Shown one piece after another: positions 12,990 through 25,124 of a stretch of DNA of 64,000 bases. A program made the position numbers and the translations under genes. Each line of letters begins with the position of its first letter. Position 1 is the first letter of the stretch. This DNA comes from Eledone cirrhosa (taxonomy: Eukaryota), in NCBI GenBank assembly GCA_964016885.1, contig OZ024743.1, positions 167,028,001-167,092,000 on the forward strand, written 5' to 3'. The notes beneath the pieces were generated by a model that did not search any database, was not told where the DNA came from, and was given only the letters and a program-made list of their open reading frames with translations.

Positions 12990-15341
12990 ATAACTCAAAT
13001 ATTTAATCCCTGAGGCAGAACAGACTAAGACATTCTGGAGAGAAATATGGGAGCAGGATGTTGAATATAATAGTCAGGCAGTGTGGATTGAGACAGTTAA
13101 AAAGGAGATTAGTGAACAAGCACACCAACAACCTGATTTGAGTATCACAGCTGAAACTCTTAAAAAGCAGGCCAAAATACTAACCAACTGGAAATCACCA
13201 GGCCCAGATGGTGTGCAAGGATATTGGTTAAAAAATATAACATCCCTCCACCCAAAACTGACAGCCATGTTCAATGACTGCTTGGTGTCGGGTGAAGTAC
13301 CAGAGTGGTTGACAAAAGGTACCACAGTACTGGTAATGAAAGACCGAATCAAGGGTAATGTGGAAACTGTTAACAAGCATTGTGTCTGTGGAAATCTACT
13401 ATCACCTCCACATAAACAACTTATTACCAGACAAACAGAAAGGATGCCGAAAGAAGTCCTGTGGCACAAAAGACCAGTTACTTATTGATAAGATGGTAAT
13501 AAGGAATTGCAAGAGGAGGTATACTGGTCTTGCCATGGGATGGATAGATTACAAGAAGGGCATTCGACATGGTACCTCATTCTTGGATAACCAAAAGCCT
13601 AGAGATCTTCAAGGTGGCAGACAACATCAGACAGTTGTTGAGCAAAAGTATGAAGTCCTGGGAAACAGAGTTAACATCGGGTGGAGAATCCTTGGGAGGC
13701 GTGAAGATCAAGAGAGGTATCTTCCAGGGAGATAGTTTGTTCCCTTTGTTGTTTGTCCTTGCCCTCATACCCTTGTCCCTCATATTGCAAAAAGTGAGAG
13801 CAGGATACAAGCTGGGAAGAGGAGAGCTTGCCATCAACCACCTCCTCTTCATGGATGATCTAAAACTCTTTGGGAAATGTGAGAAGGAGTTGGATGTACT
13901 TGTTGACACTGTCCGTATTTTCAGCAATGATATATGTATGCAATTTGGTGTTAATAAGTGTGGAGTCCTAGTGATGAAGAGGGGTAAATTGAACAGGAGC
14001 AACGGAATCCAGTTACCAACAGGTGAGATGATAAAGGAAATTGACATTGAAGAGGGATACAAATATTTGGGTGTTCTGGAGGCAGATGACATCAAGAACA
14101 AAAAAGAATTAATAAGATCTGAGTACATAAGAAGAATAAGGAACATACTAAAATCACACCTAAATAGTAGGAATGTCATAAGTGCAGTAAATTCCCGAGC
14201 TGTGTCTATTATTCCGTACAGTGCAGGAATTCTCAAATGGAATGTTACTGAACAAAAAGAAATGGATAGGAAGACTACGAAGCTAATGACTCTCTACAGC
14301 ATGTTCCACAAGAGGAGTGATGTTGATAGGAGATCTGAAGGTGGAAGAGGTCTTATCAGCATAGAGGGCCGTGTTCAGATGAAGAAAAACAGTCTGCACA
14401 AATATGTGTCTGACATTAGGGAGCCAATGCTCAAAGTTGTACTGAAGGAGAAGACAATAGACCAGGGAATGTCCAAGGAGGAGCAACCTTCATGAAAAAT
14501 CCCTTCATAACACCTTCTTTAAGAAAACAGAATTCAGAGATCCACAGACATGGAACTGGTTAAAAAGAAGAGACCTTAAAAAAGCTACAGAAGGAAGGCT
14601 AATGGCTGCACAAGAGCAAGCCCTCAGAACGAAGTGGGTGAAACACCATATTGATAAGGAGGAGGCTAGCTCACTGTGTAGGATCTGTGGAGAGAGAGAA
14701 GAAACTGTGGCTCACATTGTATCTGAGTGTAAACACCTAGCCCAGACTCACTATAAAGGTTGGAGACATGATGTGATATGCAGGGTGATCCACTGGTATC
14801 TATGCAAAGTAAACAATTTACCACATTCTGAGAAGTGGTATGAGCATAAGCCAGAGTCGGTGATAGAAAAACGATCAAGTGAAGGTGCTATGGGATTTTA
14901 GGATACAGATGGACAAGAAATTAGAACACAATAGGCCTGACCTGGTGGTTTTTGACATGGAAAAATGATTGTGTCTGATTGTAGATATAGTCTGCCCATT
15001 TGACACGAGAGTGCAAGAAAAGGAGAGGGAGAAAATTAACCAATACCAGGATTTAAAGTAGCAGTTAAAAAGGATTTGGGACTGTCATGAGATCATGGTC
15101 GTCCCGATTGTCATAGGAGCACTAGGTACTATCTCAAAGAGTCTTCAAAGATGGTTAAAGAAGATTAGTCCAGCCCGCTTTTTAGAACACTTCAAAAGGC
15201 ATGCTTGCTGGGAACAGCAAGAACCCTCCGATACGTCCTGAATATCTGAGGCTGCAGGTAGCGGTTTGATGTTCATTTGAACAAACTTTCCAGTTAACTA
15301 ACATCAATGACTGAGACTCCAATAATAATAATAATAATAAT
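12990..15341 (+). mobile_element. R4/Dong-like LINE, family A (older, frameshifted copy)
   Basis: NWKSPGPDGVQGYW, KDQLLID, GIFQGDSL, LFMDDLK, CCHC and REL motifs; (TAA)n tail. Confidence 0.92.
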
Positions 15342-16758
15342 GATACAAGTATTTGGGTGTTCTGGAGGCTGATGAGATCAAGAACAAAAAATGAAGGAAT
15401 TGATAAGATCTGAATACATTCGGAGAGTAAGGAGCGTATTAAAGTCACATCTGAACAGTAGGAATGCCATAAGTGCAGTAAATTCCCGAGCTGTGTCTAT
15501 TATTAGGTACAGTGCGGGAATTCTGAGATGGAATGTTGCTGAACAAAAAGAAATGGATAGGAAGACTAGGAAGCTATTGACTATCTACAACATGTTCCAC
15601 AAGAGGAGTGATGTCGATAGACTCTACTTAAGGAGATCTGAAGGTGGAAGAGGTCTTATCAGCATAGAGGACTGTGTTCAGATGGAGAAAAACAACCTAC
15701 ACAAATACGTGACTGATAGTAAGGAGCCAATGCTCAGAATTGTACTGAAGGAGAGGACAATAGACCAGGGGATGTCCAAGGAGGAAATAACAACAAGGAG
15801 AAAGAGCAGCCTTCATGAAAAATCCCTTCATAGTACCTTCTTTGAGAAAACCGAATTCAGAGATCCACAGACATGGAACTGGTTGAAAAGAGGAGACCTT
15901 AAAAAGGCTACTGAAGGAATGCTAATGGCTGCTGAATTCAGAGATCCACAGACATGGAACTGGTTGAAAAGAGGAGACCTTAAAAAGGCTACTGAAGGAA
16001 TGCTAATGGCTGCGCAAGAGCAGGCCCTCAAAACGAAGTGGTTGAAACACCATATTTACAAGGAGGAGACTAGCCCACTGTGCAGGATCTGTGGAGAGAG
16101 AGAGGAGACTGTGGCTCACATTGTATCCGAGTGTAAACACCTAGCCCAGACTCACTATAAGGGCTGGAGACATGATGTGATGGGCAGAGTGATCCACTGG
16201 CACCTATGCAAAGTAAACAATTTACCACATTCTGAGAAGTGGTATGAGCATAAGCCAGAGTCGGTGATAGAAAACGATGAGGTGAAGGTGCTATGGGATT
16301 TTAGGATACAGACGGACAAGAAACTGGAACACAATAGACCTGACCTGGTGGTTGTGGACAAGGGAAAAAGATCGTGCCTGATTGTGGATGTAACCTGCCC
16401 ATTCGGCACAAGAGTGCAAGAGAAGGAGAGGGAGAAAATTAACCGATACCAGGACTTAAAGTGGGAGGTAAGAAGGATTTGGAACTGCTATGAAGTCAAA
16501 GTGGTCCCGATTGTCATAGGCGCACTAGGTACTATCTCAAAGAGTTTCCAAGGATGGTTAAAGAAAATTGGTCTCGCCGCGCTTTTTGGAACGCTTCAAA
16601 AGGCATGCTTGCTGGGAACAGCAAGAACCCTCCGATACGTCCTGAATATCTGAGGCTGCAGGTAGTGGCTTGATATTCATTTATTTCAACAAACTTTCCA
16701 GTTAACTAACATCAATGACTGAGACTCAAAGAACAATAATAATAATAATAATAATAAT
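15342..16758 (+). mobile_element. Young 5'-truncated R4/Dong-like LINE, family A
   Basis: Highly similar to 7060-8408, with an open frame and (TAA)n on both sides. Confidence 0.93.
15391..16653 (+). CDS. C-terminal part of R4/Dong ORF (thumb, CCHC finger, restriction-like endonuclease) with an in-frame 27-aa duplication
   Basis: 420-aa ORF; EFRDPQTWNWLKRGDLKKATEGMLMAA occurs twice; RHD and RPDLVVVD motifs. Truncated TE ORF, not a host gene. Confidence 0.85.
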   Translation: MKELIRSEYIRRVRSVLKSHLNSRNAISAVNSRAVSIIRYSAGILRWNVAEQKEMDRKTRKLLTIYNMFHKRSDVDRLYLRRSEGGRGLISIEDCVQMEKNNLHKYVTDSKEPMLRIVLKERTIDQGMSKEEITTRRKSSLHEKSLHSTFFEKTEFRDPQTWNWLKRGDLKKATEGMLMAAEFRDPQTWNWLKRGDLKKATEGMLMAAQEQALKTKWLKHHIYKEETSPLCRICGEREETVAHIVSECKHLAQTHYKGWRHDVMGRVIHWHLCKVNNLPHSEKWYEHKPESVIENDEVKVLWDFRIQTDKKLEHNRPDLVVVDKGKRSCLIVDVTCPFGTRVQEKEREKINRYQDLKWEVRRIWNCYEVKVVPIVIGALGTISKSFQGWLKKIGLAALFGTLQKACLLGTARTLRYVLNI

Positions 16759-17430
16759 CTGGTTAAAAAGAGGAGACCTTAAAAAGGCTACAGAAGGAAT
16801 GCTAATGGCTGCGCAAGAGCAGGCCCTCAGAACAAAGTGGGTGAAACACCATACTTACAAGGAGGAGGCTAGCCCACTGTGTAGGATCACAGAAAAGAGA
16901 GACTTTGTATGTAGCAGAAGCACAGGAATAGTGTGTATTAAGAACAGCAGTGAAATAAACTTCTTCCAATCCCAGTTTCTGTTACATAAGGAACTTAACA
17001 GTGTAGGGGGGTTTCTCTGAAAGAATAGTAGCTAGAATAAGAACAGGCTGGGAAAAGTTTAGGGAGTTACTACTTATGTTGACAATAAATGGATTTTCTC
17101 TATGAACGAAGGGTAGATTATATAATACCTGTGTAAAAAGCATGATGTTGCATGGCCGTGAGATATGGGTAGTAAATTTAGAGGATATATGAAAATTGGA
17201 GAGAAATGAAGCAAGCATTCTCCATTAGATGTACAATGGGGCATGGATGAACTGAGAGAATAGCTGGAAAAGAGGAATCAGATGTTGTATGCAAAAGAGA
17301 AGATTGTATTAGTATGTGATGTATATGCATGAGCAATACTGGACAAAGAAGTGTCAAGCAATGTCAATGGAAGGAAGCTACAGTAGAGGAAGACAGAAAA
17401 ACTTGGGGGAGAGGGCTTGTGATGATGAAT
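16759..17430 (+). mobile_element. Short R4 family A fragment fused to an old RTE fragment
   Basis: 16759-16889 reads WLKRGDLKKA..PLCRI. The sequence then switches at GGATC to RTE-like FVCSR...RIRTGWEKFRELL...LERNEAS. Confidence 0.75.
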
Positions 17431-17449
17431 ATCTAAATGAAATAATGGT

Positions 17450-17620
17450 TTCCAATTAAAGCACAAGGCCAGCAATTTGAAGGGAATGGGAAGTCAATTA
17501 CTGGTACTTTATTTTATCAACCCAATAAGGATGAAAGGCAGAATGTAAAAGGTTGTATCTGTAGGCTGTAAAGCATGTTGTCTGATGCTCTACCAAAACT
17601 GGCAATTCACTGCCCTTATG
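17450..17620 (-). mobile_element. Degenerate tRNA-derived SINE (family of 62649-62831)
   Basis: Reverse complement contains GCCTTTCATCCTTA..GATAAAATAAAGTACCAG and GCTGGCCTTGTGC. Confidence 0.7.
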
Positions 17621-17675
17621 AAATAATAATAATAGGAAATAAAATAAAAAAAGATAGTGAACAGATGGGACGTAC

Positions 17676-17712
17676 AGCATTTAGAGCATAGATTGGCACC
17701 ATCCAGAGTATT
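17676..17712 (-). CDS. TMEM184C: 37-bp internal coding exon of a TMEM184C-like (OSTA/TMEM184 family) gene
   Basis: Minus strand reads cttctattttcag|AATACTCTGGATGGTGCCAATCTATGCTCTAAATGCT|gtacgt, translating (R)ILWMVPIYALNA. This matches the RILWMVPIY motif of TMEM184C as I recall it. Canonical AG/GT sites, phase 2 to phase 0. Confidence 0.85.
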
Positions 17713-18188
17713 CTGAAAATAGAAGAAAAACTCAACTTTAATACAAAGCATATTATAATTCCCCATAACAATGTCACTTTATTGTACTAAAAGTAAATCA
17801 TCATCCCCATCCCAAACCACCTTCACTACCATCATTACCACCACGACTACCATCATTGAACCAATATGTGAATATCTACATTTCAAATTACATCCAACTG
17901 TCTTTAAAAAGTAAGATAACAAAAATAAAAAAAAAACAGAAGCATGGGATGATTATGGTTATAACCACAGGTTTGCTAAATCAGGGCTGACAAGGTGATA
18001 AACAACAACAGCAAAAACTGAATCCCCATGGGTTCCTTGACCTGTTAGAAGTAGTAGCTAAATATGTCAAATCACACAGTATCTTCAAGTGTGTTCACTC
18101 AAAACTCACAAGTCCACCACTTATAAGAATTATCTAGTCTCAGGTCAAAGATACACAACTGAAATGATTACATGCTTAAACCATTTCA

Positions 18189-18423
18189 TTAACCCTTTTG
18201 TGACCCAATTTCCACTATTTGAATCAGTTTTGAAAATATTGAAGAATTTGAAAGAAGTATTAAATAAAATAACCAACTTTTTCATTATTAAACAGTGGTT
18301 TATACCATCAATAGTAGAAAATGTCTTACAAAAAATTATGTAAGAAGGTTTTACTTTAAATATGAACATTTTAAAAGATAGAACAAGCTGTGATCTCAGG
18401 TGGATTCATATTATAGGGGTTCA
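18189..18423. mobile_element. Possible decayed piggyBac-type MITE
   Basis: TTAA-CCCTTT ... TAGGGG-TTCA ends; imperfect TIR. Confidence 0.4.
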
Positions 18424-18660
18424 ATAATACTGTTTTATGACTTCAGACTTATAATTGCAGGTAAGAGAGGCAGGGCCGAATTTAATGGAGGGGAGGGGGG
18501 GATCCTGGGCCTCCCATAGCGAGGTGAGGGTTAGAGGGTGCCAGCAACGGCCTAGGCAATATGCTTGTGCTTTCTGATTGTCTTTTTAGTTATATAACTT
18601 TGACAGCGAGAATTCTATTTTTAGCAAAAAGTATCTAATGTCCTTACAGTGGAAAAATTT

Positions 18661-18951
18661 ATAAAAAATAAAAAATAAAAAATAAAAAATAAAAAATAAA
18701 AAATAAAAAATAAAAAATAAAAAATAAAAAATAAAAAATAAAAAATAAAAAATAAAAAATAAAAAATAAAAAATAAAAAATAAAAAATAAAAAATAAAAA
18801 ATAAAAAATAAAAAATAAATATATATATATGTATATATATATATGAATGTATATATATATATATGTATATATACATATGTACATATACATGTATATATAT
18901 GTATATATACATATGTATGTATATATATATATATATATATACATATACATA

Positions 18952-19008
<57 letters not shown>

Positions 19009-19012
19009 GTAC

Positions 19013-19045
<33 letters not shown>

Positions 19046-19091
19046 CATATGTACATATATATATATATATATATATGTATATACATATATG

Positions 19092-19141
<50 letters not shown>

Positions 19142-19196
19142 CGTACATATATATGTATGAATATATATATATGTATATGTATATAGGTATATATAT
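18661..19196. repeat. (TAAAAAA)n heptamer array followed by interrupted (TA)n
   Basis: Direct reading. Confidence 0.95.
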
Positions 19197-19786
19197 ATGG
19201 TGGGGTGGGGGTGGTGGGACGGGGGTGTATTTTGTTAGAGATGCCTACTGGCTGTAGTAGGTTTTACTATGTATTTAGGTAAGGCAGGTCTTCTCTATTA
19301 CTGAGTACCGCCAAAGGTCTCGGTCCAGTGACATTGTCTTGGAGAGGTGTAAGTGTGTGAGGTCGGAGTTTATCAGCTCGTCCCAGGTTTTTCTACGTCT
19401 GCCTATTCCGTGGCTACCGTCTATCTTTATTGCCCTGCACTTTGTTATACAGCTATCGACTTTCATGCGCATTACGTGTCCATACCAACGTAGCCTTCAC
19501 TCGAGTAAACAACATCTGATCCCTCTTATTTCTAATTTTTTCCTTAGTTCGTTTATGCTTTGCCGTTCACGTATATTACTATTACACATCCAGCGGAGCA
19601 TGCAAGCTTCGTTCCTCTCTAGTCTGCGTATATCCTCTGCACACAATGCCGAGGTCTCACTGCCATGCAAGATTGCTGTTCGTATGCAGGCATCATACAA
19701 CCTGCCTTTCATTTTTAGGGAGAACCCTTTAGCGGCTAATAGTGGTATAAGCTCTCTGAACTTTTTCCATCCAGTTCTGACTCTAG
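19197..19786 (-). mobile_element. RTE family B fragment (ORF end; most of the 3' UTR missing)
   Basis: [12 protein letters not shown]...[12 protein letters not shown]. Begins within the (GAT)n tail of the neighbouring RTE-A copy. Confidence 0.9.
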
Positions 19787-20390
19787 TATCATCATCATCA
19801 TCATCATCATCATTTTACGTTCACTTTTCCCTGCTTGCAAGGGTGGGACGGGTCTTATTCAGCACAGCATCTCTCCACTCGTCACGGTCCCTCGTCATCT
19901 CCACCGTGAGCTTCAATGATCTGAGGTCTGTTCTCACCACCTCCGCCCATGTTTTTCATGGTCTACCTCTACCATGTCTTCCTTCAACTGGCATTTCCTG
20001 GCACTTCTTCACCCATCGGTCATCCTCCATGCGCATCACATGTCCATACCACCTCAGTCTCCTCTCCCGTACACTACATTCTATCCCTCTCAGACACAGT
20101 TTCTCTCTCAACACATTTATGCTGGGTCGTTCACGCACATTTACACTGCACATCCAACGGAGCATGCTTGCCTCATTTCTCTCCAGCCGTCGCATATCCT
20201 CTGCGGTTGCTGCCCATGTCTCACTACCATGCAGCATCGCGCTCCTCACACAGGCATCATACAACCGGCCTTTCGTACGCAGGGAGAAACCCTTCTTCGT
20301 CAACAGAGGAAGCAGCTCCCTAAACTTCTTCCAACCCGTCCTTATTCTAGATACTATGGCCTCGGAACACCCTCCTCCCATGCTAATCTG
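19787..20390 (-). mobile_element. 5'-truncated RTE family A copy
   Basis: Near-identical to the reverse complement of 32618-33220; (GAT)n tail. Confidence 0.93.
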
Positions 20391-20393
20391 ATG

Positions 20394-20433
<40 letters not shown>

Positions 20434-20474
20434 CAATATTAAATAAATGGAAATTATATTTATAAAACCATATT

Positions 20475-20540
20475 TATTTCATCATATATATTTCAGGGAT
20501 ATCATATTAAAAATATGTTATGCCTTCTTCAGACAAAATA
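20475..20540 (-). ncRNA. Type I hammerhead ribozyme motif (degenerate cleavage site)
   Basis: Minus strand: TATTTTGT-CTGAAGA-AGGCATAACATATTTTTAATATGATATCCCT-GAAA-TATATA-TG-ATGAAATA. Stems I and II pair and stem III is palindromic; position 17 is G. Confidence 0.7.
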
Positions 20541-20779
20541 CAATATAAACAGTCTTATAAATAGATAGAATCGACATACCTTTCAACATCGACTTGCATT
20601 TGAAAAGTTGATTTGGTAGTAAAAATATTATGGACAGTTGTAAAAAGAAAGAAAAACGAAGAAAAAGAAAAAGAAGAAATGCATGCAACTAAATAGAGAG
20701 AGATAGAAAGATAGATAAAGAGAAGAACTTCATGTAAAGAAACAGAGAGAGATATATAGAGAGAGGAAAAAATAGAGGG

Positions 20780-20810
<31 letters not shown>

Positions 20811-21873
20811 AAAGAGAGAGAGAGAGAGAAAATATAGAGAGATAGATATGGATAGAGAAACTAGGTAGTTGAGCACCAGTTGAATGACGTATCAATGATA
20901 CATTTATTTATTTATTTATTTATTTAGCTCTAGTATTAATGTAAAGAGAGATATATGTGGTTAGGAGAGAAAAACCACCGTTATATAGAGAGAAAAGAAA
21001 AGAAAAATAACCAGACATAAACGAGGCAGATTTAAAACACTATGCTTCATCAATGTAGAAATATTAGTTCGTATAAAACAGGCATTATAATGTGAATATC
21101 AGTATTCATGAATGAGACACGTATCTATAATGTGTGAAAAATAATGATCATATGTCTAGTTTAAAAATTCATATGTTTATATCAGAGTTGAGATAAAATA
21201 GGAGGTTATCCCAGATTCAAAACTATAAACATCCATGTGAATTTACGTGATCAGCTCTGCAAATTCCTATTTCACACGAAAACATTCTCATTGTGCTATA
21301 AAAATTCTAGTATACATATATGTGTATATACACACATATATATAGAGTCTATATTAATTTTAACAATACTATTCATTCTTGTCTTTACTCTACATGATTA
21401 TCGATCAAGCAGAAATAGAGAACAGATTTCAGTATATTAATAAAAATATCAGAAACAAAAAAATAAATAAACAGAAAACTAAAAAATTTTAAAAATAAAA
21501 ATATTAAAAATATTAAAAAATAAAACATAGTATGCCCCGCAAATCCACCACAGAGATCAACCCTTCAAAGTTAATTGACAATATATTGCCAAGTTCATTA
21601 TAAGCATCAGAGTCAAAAACAAATAAAACCAAAAATTATTTACCAAATCCTGTCTAGCAGAAAACATTCCAAAAGTTTAGGATACCCATTTGGTCTACAG
21701 ATGTTCTTATATTTAATATAGAAGTTTATCTAGTGTAAAATTTATTCGATATATTTGGAGCATCAGCTTTTAGGGTAGTTTAATTATTCATGAAGAATGT
21801 TTAAAATAAAAAAGAAGAAATCGAAAGATTTATCGGCGAGTTTCATAAATAATTATAAATCAAACTAAATATA

Positions 21874-22745
21874 CTACATTTTAAATTTAAATTTATATTT
21901 AAAAGTTGAGTTCAATCTATGTCTGCAGCAACTGAATAAATTTGTCCGTAGATTAAGGGAATTTTTAGATTTTAGTATAAAGAATATCTCCTCCGCGCAG
22001 AGGTCACATGTCTCAGAGGATGAATTAAAAGGAATCCCTCTTGAGACTATATTCCAAGCCGTCGAATATCTAACGTTATCATGCCTAAGTTGCCAGAGTA
22101 TGCCTGATAGTGCTGTTGAAGATTTTTTGCTTGGATCTGTGAAAGAATTCTTGTGGTTATTATAGCGAAGTTTAAATTCCGTCGATGTGGAACCAACGTA
22201 GTTAAAAGAATTAAAGTCCGTTTTAACATTACAGTTGTATATTATATTTTTAACTAAGCAATTGTTATTTAACGGACATTTAGATCTATCTCTACAGTTA
22301 CATTTGTTAACTTGGATATTATTTATGCTATTATCGCTAGGTTTTAGGTTCCTATTATTTATTCTATTAATATTTTGTGCTAAATTTTTGGTGGATGAGT
22401 AGGTTAATTTTATAGTATGTCTATTGAAAATTGAGTGATACCTATGTGTTCTAGGGAAGCGATTATCAAGAGCTTTAAAAAATAGTTTAGCGATGTGGGT
22501 TTTAATGTTTAGTGAGAAAGGGGAGGCAAACCATATTATATTCCTAGTTCTATTTCTTTTTTGGCTTTTGGAATTATTGTAATGCTTTCTATTATAGTTG
22601 TTAAAGTTGTGGCCGTAATTAAAATAGTTGTTATTTTGTTTAGTTTGTCTATTATTATCTATGTACATAATTTTATCACTATATCCTGCTCTAGCTAACG
22701 CTTCATTGTAATACTGGGCTTTTTCGTCGAAAATCTTTTTATCGA
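21874..22745 (-). pseudogene. Penelope-like ORF C-terminus: RT thumb/linker and GIY-YIG endonuclease
   Basis: YYNEALARAGY, RNIIWFASPFS, CNCR..CPL..CL, IIYNC..YVGST..FKLRYNNH, CDLCAEE. Confidence 0.9.
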
Positions 22746-22972
22746 AAATCTTTTTATCGAAAATCTTTTTATCTAATAAAAAGATTTTATCTAATAAAAA
22801 GAGTCAGCAGCAACACACAACCACGTGTTGCTACACACACACAAGAGGAAAGAGAGAAAAATTTAAAATTTATGAGACCAATAGAGATATGTACATTTAT
22901 ATATTTATATCTAGATATTGCTATTATCATTTACAGTCCCTCTGTGTTTAATGTATGTTCATTAGTATATGT

Positions 22973-23275
22973 GTTGTTATTTCTGCTTGCATTTTGCATA
23001 TATATATCTATATATATGCTTGCGTGGACCCCTCTCAAAAATTCGTTGGATTTTCTAATTGGATACCCCGACACTGGATACCAACACTGAATACACCTGA
23101 ACTTCTACCAGGAAATCTTTCGTTGTTATTTCTGCTTGCATTTTACATATATAGATATATATATATCAATGGTTGCGTGGACCCCTCTTAAAGATTCGTT
23201 GGATTTTCTAATTGGATACCCCGAAACTGGATACCAATCACTGAATACACCTGAACTTCTACCAGGAAATCTTTC
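22973..23275. repeat. Tandem duplication, ~148-bp unit x2
   Basis: GTTGTTATTTCTGCTTGCATTTT...CCAGGAAATCTTTC starts at 22973 and again at 23121. Confidence 0.9.
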
Positions 23276-24169
23276 ATATCAGTGAAAATTTTCTTTTCTT
23301 TGCTTCATATATATATATTATCTGTTAGAACACGAAAAGTGTGAAACAACAGAATGTTCACTTTTCGTGTTCTAACATATATGCCTAACATCTTCATAAA
23401 TTTTTCGGGGATAGCCGTGGTGGTGGTGATCGTATGTCATTGGCTAATTTTCAACCAATCAGAGTAAGTGTTGATATATATATATATATATATATATACT
23501 ATTCCCCCTCTCTCTATATATATCTTACGCTTTCGCTTTACACTCCTCCCCTTCAATAACACATTTCCCCCTCTCTATATATCTCTTCCACTGTTACTTA
23601 CGCCTGTTTCTCTCTATCTGTTCCGTCTCTATATATATATCTCTCTTACTCTTTCGCTTTGCACTCCTCCCCTTCAATACCATCTCTCCCCCTCTCTATA
23701 TATTTGTTACTCTATCGCTGCACGCTCCTCTCCTTCAATATATCAGTTTCACACGCTTTACACTCCTTTATCCCCAGCGCCCCTATATATACACCCCCCT
23801 CCCGCATCTATATTTTAATGTTCCGTTGCACCGTGAATATATGTGTCTATATATATATACATATATATTGTATATACACATTCATGTATGTGTATACACA
23901 CTCATGTATGTATATACACTGGTTTTATGTGTGTATTATAAATTTGTACTGTTAAAACACGAAACTAACATTCGATTGACACTTTGATTACCTGTACAGG
24001 CAATAGTTATTAGAATGCTGTTGAAGTGTGTATATATTTTTGGGGGACATCCTGTATATACACACATTATATATAATACAATAAACAGATAAATACACAC
24101 ATATATATATGAGCTTATTTAATTATAAATATTGTGAATTTTTAACTCAGTTCAATTATATATATAAAT

Positions 24170-24220
24170 GGCTTCTACAGGACTAGAACTGTTTCATTCG
24201 AAAGAAATCATCATGATATT
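24170..24220 (-). ncRNA. Degenerate hammerhead-like motif
   Basis: Minus strand: ATGATGA-TTTCTTTCGAAT-GAAA-CAG..CTG-TA. Stem III and the GUA site are good; C3 is mutated and stem I is weak. Confidence 0.4.
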
Positions 24221-24823
24221 GAGAGGGGGGACTAGATAAAATATTTCAAATCAAATGTGTATAAGTTATAAGTTAAAATGTATAAATAGAGACGATAGTG
24301 GAGGTATATCTGTTTAGTGGAACAGTAGACGATAGAATTAAATACAGACGAGAATCTCCCTTTAATGAAACAGCAGACGATAGAATTAAGGCAATTTAAA
24401 TTTTAAGCATTTGCATTTCATCGTTACGGGGTCGATAAAATAAAGTACCAGTAATACACTGTCACTATAAGTAGACGACTTTCAAATTGAATTGTTGGTT
24501 CCATTTCTTTAGTATTTTCAATTGTAGTTATCTACTTAAAAAGCGTTACACGGTTAGAGACATAATTGGTAAGTTATATCTTCCCTATTAAACCATTGCA
24601 TTATTTCGCCTACAATATAACAAAAATGAAATGTTCTTTAAAGAAACAGAAATATAACTTTATAAAAAAAAAAGTTGCATCCGCTTCTTTTATCATTGAT
24701 AATTTTTTCGTTTTAATATTAATTGTTTTTTGTAGTTGTTTATATTAAAAATCTTACTGTAATATTTACTTAAACGAAGGCAGACATCTAAACTTATAGA
24801 TTAATCTTGAGCGAAGGACTAGA

Positions 24824-24910
<87 letters not shown>

Positions 24911-24914
<4 letters not shown>

Positions 24915-25124
24915 GAAGAATGATAACATTTCAAGCAAAGAGTTTAATTAGGTAATGACTTACAAATTTGTTTCAGTATATATTTAATATAATATTAATA
25001 TATTTTGTAATATTATTAACTAATTATTATAATTAGCGCTTCAGGCTTTGTCTATATACTGAAACAAATTTGTAAGTCATTACCTAATTAAACTCTTTGC
25101 TTGAAATTTTATCACTCTTCGTTT
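24911..25124. repeat. Fold-back inverted repeat (72-bp arms) carrying the 3' half of a hammerhead, between (TA)n tracts
   Basis: 24911-24982 is complementary to 25053-25124 with few mismatches. The right arm reads GAAA-CAAATTTG-TA-AGTCA. Confidence 0.85.

Larger units (their letters stand above)
20430..22745 (-). mobile_element. 5'-truncated Penelope-like element (GIY-YIG) with long 3' region
   Basis: Contains the ORF at 21874-22745, ~1.4 kb of AT-rich 3' sequence, a hammerhead motif near the end, then (TA)n. Continuity of the 3' region with the ORF is inferred. Confidence 0.7.

Noticed and set aside
18471-18557. Possible hAT MITE (CAGGGCCG..CGGCCTAG)
   Set aside because: The TIR is short and imperfect and there is no TSD.
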